A DNA stretch of 37,666 bases from a virus. Taxonomy: Duplodnaviria; Caudoviricetes. The stretch covers positions 1 to 37,666 of IMG/VR virus record IMGVR_UViG_3300017909_003475; one strand, given 5' to 3'. The translations under genes and the position numbers were made by a program. The notes beneath the pieces were generated by a model. It was given only the letters and a program-made list of their open reading frames with translations, was not told the DNA's origin and ran no database searches. This document shows positions 35,712 to 37,666 of this stretch, one piece after another (position 1 is the first letter of the stretch; the number at the start of each line of letters is the position of its first letter).

Positions 35712-35751
35712 ATTATAACAAATTTTTAACTTGATGTCAAGAACTATTTTT
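35712..35751 (-). promoter_or_regulatory. Sigma70 promoter of the hsp20-lysis operon
   Basis: On -: AAAAATAGTTC-TTGACA(35740-35735)-17 bp-TATAAT(35717-35712), with extended -10 TG. Confidence 0.88.
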
Positions 35752-35890
35752 CAGAGTCATCGAAGGTAAGTATTCCTTCCTCTTCCAAATAGTCTATCGT
35801 GCCTCGTATTCCTACTTGCTTTCCATACATATAGGTAAGTCCACACATCATAATTAAAAATATTAAATAACTTATATCATTTTCATTCAT
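35744..35890 (-). CDS. Small single-TM protein (48 aa), leaderless
   Basis: MNENDISYLIFLIMMCGLTYMYGKQVGIRGTIDYLEEEG...; the track start at 35926 is the TTG of the -35 box. Confidence 0.65.
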   Translation of the reverse strand: MNENDISYLIFLIMMCGLTYMYGKQVGIRGTIDYLEEEGILTFDDSEK

Positions 35891-35897
35891 AGATAAT

Positions 35898-35936
35898 ATT
35901 ATAGCAACTTTCCCACCAAAAGTCAAGACAAAATTT
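35898..35936 (-). promoter_or_regulatory. Sigma70 promoter (left half of a divergent pair), near-leaderless
   Basis: On -: TTGACT(35926-35921)-17 bp-TATAAT(35903-35898)-ATTATCT-ATG; extended -10 TG. Confidence 0.85.
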
Positions 35937-35946
35937 ATACTTAACT

Positions 35947-35986
35947 AAAAATAGTTCTTGACAACATCTCAAAATGCGAGTATAAT
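35947..35986 (+). promoter_or_regulatory. Sigma70 promoter (right half of a divergent pair), leaderless, drives HTH-rpsU
   Basis: AAAAATAGTTC-TTGACA(35958-35963)-17 bp-TATAAT(35981-35986)-ATATGT-ATG(35993). Confidence 0.9.
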
Positions 35987-35992
35987 ATATGT

Positions 35993-36169
35993 ATGAATAA
36001 AAGATGGACTGATACAGAGCGAGACTTTCTCAAGCGACATTACAACGATATGTCGACAGAAGACATCGCATTGAAACTAGACAAAACAAAAGAGCAAATA
36101 CATTCACAAGTTTACTACTTAAGAAAGCGTGGATGGACATTTAATCGGAGGAAAGATGCCGTCAGTTAA
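35993..36169 (+). CDS. Small Myb/HTH-like DNA-binding protein (58 aa), not in the ORF track
   Basis: MNKRWTDTERDFLKRHYNDMSTEDIALKLDKTKEQIHSQVYYLRKRGWTFNRRKDAVS*. Confidence 0.75.
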   Translation: MNKRWTDTERDFLKRHYNDMSTEDIALKLDKTKEQIHSQVYYLRKRGWTFNRRKDAVS

Positions 36170-36392
36170 TTGTAAAGGAATGTCTTTTGAAAAATCTATG
36201 CGTATATTCCGTAGAAAAGTCGAGAAAGCAGGAATCAAAGATAGAATCCGAGAGAAACAATACTATGAAAAACCTGCGTCTATCAAAAATGACACGAATA
36301 ACTATAGGAAACGCAAACGAAAATTAGACAAACAAAAGGAACATGAACTCGATTTAAAAAGAAGATTAATAATGAGACATGGTGGTAGATAA
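36156..36392 (+). CDS. rpsU: Ribosomal protein bS21
   Basis: MPSV...FEKSMRIFRRKVEKAGI....REKQYYEKPAS plus basic tail; GGAGG SD at 36147-36151, start moved to ATG 36156. Confidence 0.92.
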   Translation: MPSVNCKGMSFEKSMRIFRRKVEKAGIKDRIREKQYYEKPASIKNDTNNYRKRKRKLDKQKEHELDLKRRLIMRHGGR

Positions 36393-36496
36393 AATTTTCT
36401 TGAACAACATAACTAAATTTTACAATCCTTTTTTCTAGAGTAAAATATTTTTTCGTATCTAAATCGAACTACAACCCACTCACACATATACCTGTG

Positions 36497-36536
36497 AAAA
36501 ACAGTTCTTGCTTTCTGCTAAAAGTTATGGTAAAAT
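36497..36536 (+). promoter_or_regulatory. Sigma70 promoter firing into the non-coding block
   Basis: AAAAACAGTTC-TTGCTT(36508-36513)-17 bp with TG-TAAAAT(36531-36536); same upstream element as the other promoters. Confidence 0.7.
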
Positions 36537-36550
36537 AATACTATAAATTA

Positions 36551-36685
36551 TGATAGTTAACCAAAACAAATCACTGATTAGAGTCGCTTATCTAACCGAT
36601 GCTGAAAGCCGAGAGGAGCGAAGCGGGAACGAGGCGAGCATCTAATTCGGATAAAGATAGACTCTTAATTGTGTTAACCACATCA
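36551..36685 (+). other. Long imperfect hairpin (structured ncRNA or ssDNA element)
   Basis: Nested complements GTTAAC/GTTAAC, AGAGTC(36580-85)/GACTCT(36660-65), TATCT/AGATA, GATGCT(36598-603)/AGCATC(36637-42), GCC/GGC, apex GCGAAGC(36618-24). Confidence 0.65.
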
Positions 36686-36702
36686 ATTCATGAAAACCAA
36701 AC

Positions 36703-36719
36703 AACCCCGTTCTGGGGTT
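36703..36719. other. Short hairpin, possible terminator on - strand
   Basis: AACCCC-GTTCT-GGGGTT; followed on - by GTTTGGTTTT. Confidence 0.5.
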
Positions 36720-36804
36720 AACAAATTCCCAAATTCAAATTAATTACTACAAAACCCTCACAAGAAACCACAACTTGCGCAAACCGAACATTTTTTTAAG
36801 CAAT

Positions 36805-36828
36805 AAAAAAGGGAGCAAACCACTCCCT
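36805..36828 (-). terminator. Intrinsic terminator of the A2-like operon
   Basis: On -: AGGGAG-TGGTTTG-CTCCCT-TTTTT. Confidence 0.8.
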
Positions 36829-36850
36829 CTCTTACACAAGTTTCTCCTAG

Positions 36851-37054
36851 TTAAAACCAACCATCTTTAGACCGTGGTACATTTTCATCCTGTAGCACTC
36901 TTATTCTTTGTGTTGCTACTACTTCTCTATGACCATCAGGAAATCTTAGTCTCGCTTTCACACCCGTTGGGGTTTCGATTAGACCCATGACTTCTGCATA
37001 TCTTCCATGCTTGTCCACTAGCTCATCTACTTTACTTAGTTTACATACTCTCAT
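36851..37054 (-). CDS. Small SH3-like hypothetical protein
   Basis: 67 aa, beta-rich (GRYAEVMG...ARLRFPDG); AGGAG upstream. Confidence 0.55.
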   Translation of the reverse strand: MRVCKLSKVDELVDKHGRYAEVMGLIETPTGVKARLRFPDGHREVVATQRIRVLQDENVPRSKDGWF

Positions 37055-37349
37055 ACAATCTCCTTAGCACTGTCTTGGGTGCTTTTTCTAACCCCGCTAG
37101 GGCTTCGTTAGGTATATCTAACTTTTCTGCTAGATTTTCTACTATTTGTATTTTTGTTATCGGTTTTTCACCTGTTTTGGTAGTATATTCAGTCTTTTTA
37201 TATACTCCTTCCCTACTTAACTTACCTATGATAGATTTTACACTCTTTCCTAGCTCATCTGCTAGTTTTTCTACTGTTTCTCTATCAGGGTTAAGTCTAT
37301 ATTGGTTAACAATGTACTCTACTTGGTCTTGTGTGTAGTTCACAGCCAT
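37041..37349 (-). CDS. A2: T5 A2-like DNA-binding protein
   Basis: YTQDQV...Y...VEKLADELGKSVKSIIGKLSREGVYKK...LAGLEKAPKTVL resembles T5 A2; start ATG 37349 after GGAGG. Confidence 0.6.
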   Translation of the reverse strand: MAVNYTQDQVEYIVNQYRLNPDRETVEKLADELGKSVKSIIGKLSREGVYKKTEYTTKTGEKPITKIQIVENLAEKLDIPNEALAGLEKAPKTVLRRLYESM

Positions 37350-37495
37350 AACATATCCTCCCATCTTTTGACTAACATTTCTACTTGGTATGTTGACATA
37401 CCCCATTCTTCACTAGCAATTCTTATTGCTTCTTCACGACCGAACTCTTTCTCCCAGTCATAGTATTCGAACTCTCTTTCATCATTAATAAGCAT
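37340..37495 (-). CDS. Hypothetical small protein
   Basis: Start ATG 37495 after AGGAGG; 51 aa. Confidence 0.5.
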   Translation of the reverse strand: MLINDEREFEYYDWEKEFGREEAIRIASEEWGMSTYQVEMLVKRWEDMLWL

Positions 37496-37666
37496 AGCGT
37501 GGTTTCCTCCTATCTGCATTGTGTCTTTCCCACTCTCTAATAAGTTCATCGCCTCTTAGTCTTTCACCAAAATATATCGTTTCACCACTATCTAGAGTTC
37601 TCTTGATAAGTCCACCATTATATTCTATGTCAATAACGGACTTACCATCTGCTGTATCTTCTGGTC
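37485..37666 (-). CDS. 3' end of a hypothetical gene truncated by the window edge
   Basis: Open frame PEDTADGKSVIDIEYNGGLIKR...RKPRYAY* ending at TAA 37487-37485. Confidence 0.55.
   Translation of the reverse strand, partial: PEDTADGKSVIDIEYNGGLIKRTLDSGETIYFGERLRGDELIREWERHNADRRKPRYAY

Noticed and set aside
36400-36426. TTGAAC...TACAAT promoter-like pair after rpsU
   Set aside because: Spacer is 15 bp, unlike the strict 17 bp of the other nine.
36550-36645. 31-codon ORF MIVNQNKSLIRVAYLTDAESREERSGNEASI* just after the 36508 promoter
   Set aside because: No SD, about 7 nt from predicted +1, and it lies wholly inside the hairpin that explains its composition. Not excluded, but unsupported.
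36674-36682. DnaA-box-like TTAACCACA
   Set aside because: Single copy with a mismatch; expected by chance in this composition.
309-37338. Numerous 60-150 aa opposite-strand or alternate-frame ORFs in the track (e.g. 4308-4634, 10370-10645, 22847-23302, 25814-26137, 37075-37338)
   Set aside because: Shadow ORFs of well-supported genes, with no SD or promoter and biased composition.
1-37666. CRISPR array, tRNA genes, DGR, retron, integrase or transposase
   Set aside because: No regularly spaced repeats, cloverleafs, reverse transcriptase, TR/VR pair or recombinase seen by eye; tRNAscan/Infernal not run.
1-37666. Stop-codon reassignment
   Set aside because: Core genes are full length in code 11, and TAA, TAG and TGA all terminate genes at overlap junctions.

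Overview
AT-rich segment of a lytic T5-like (Demerecviridae-like) tailed phage, probably marine and infecting a Gram-negative host (two-component spanins; IscU and bS21 of proteobacterial appearance). Standard genetic code. 1-5255 (+): end of a multi-gene tail-fibre/receptor-binding cluster, closed by a bidirectional terminator. 5268-35890 (-): early/replication arm in T5 order (lysis genes ... D3, PC4-like, split NAD ligase, D5, DnaB, primase, family A polymerase, D10, D11, D12/D13, D14, D15), then nrdA/nrdB. It is interspersed with redox/iron/stress auxiliary genes: an exported cytochrome c between nrdA and nrdB, glutaredoxin, peroxiredoxin, two 2OG-Fe(II) oxygenases, IscU and Hsp20. 35993-36392 (+): small HTH gene plus ribosomal protein bS21. 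36393-36850: non-coding block with its own promoter, a long imperfect hairpin capped by GCGAAGC and a G-poor tract. Beyond it lie an A2-like pre-early gene and small ORFs. Nine near-consensus sigma70 promoters with 17-bp spacers, most sharing an AAAATAGTTC-like upstream element, were found by eye. Four of them put +1 on or next to the start ATG (leaderless mRNAs), including the operon encoding bS21. Best candidates for new biology: the promoter/hairpin block (R-loop origin, injection-stop signal or ncRNA), the leaderless-mRNA/bS21 link, and the RNR-embedded cytochrome c. All protein calls are from motif recognition and recalled T5 synteny; no database searches were run.
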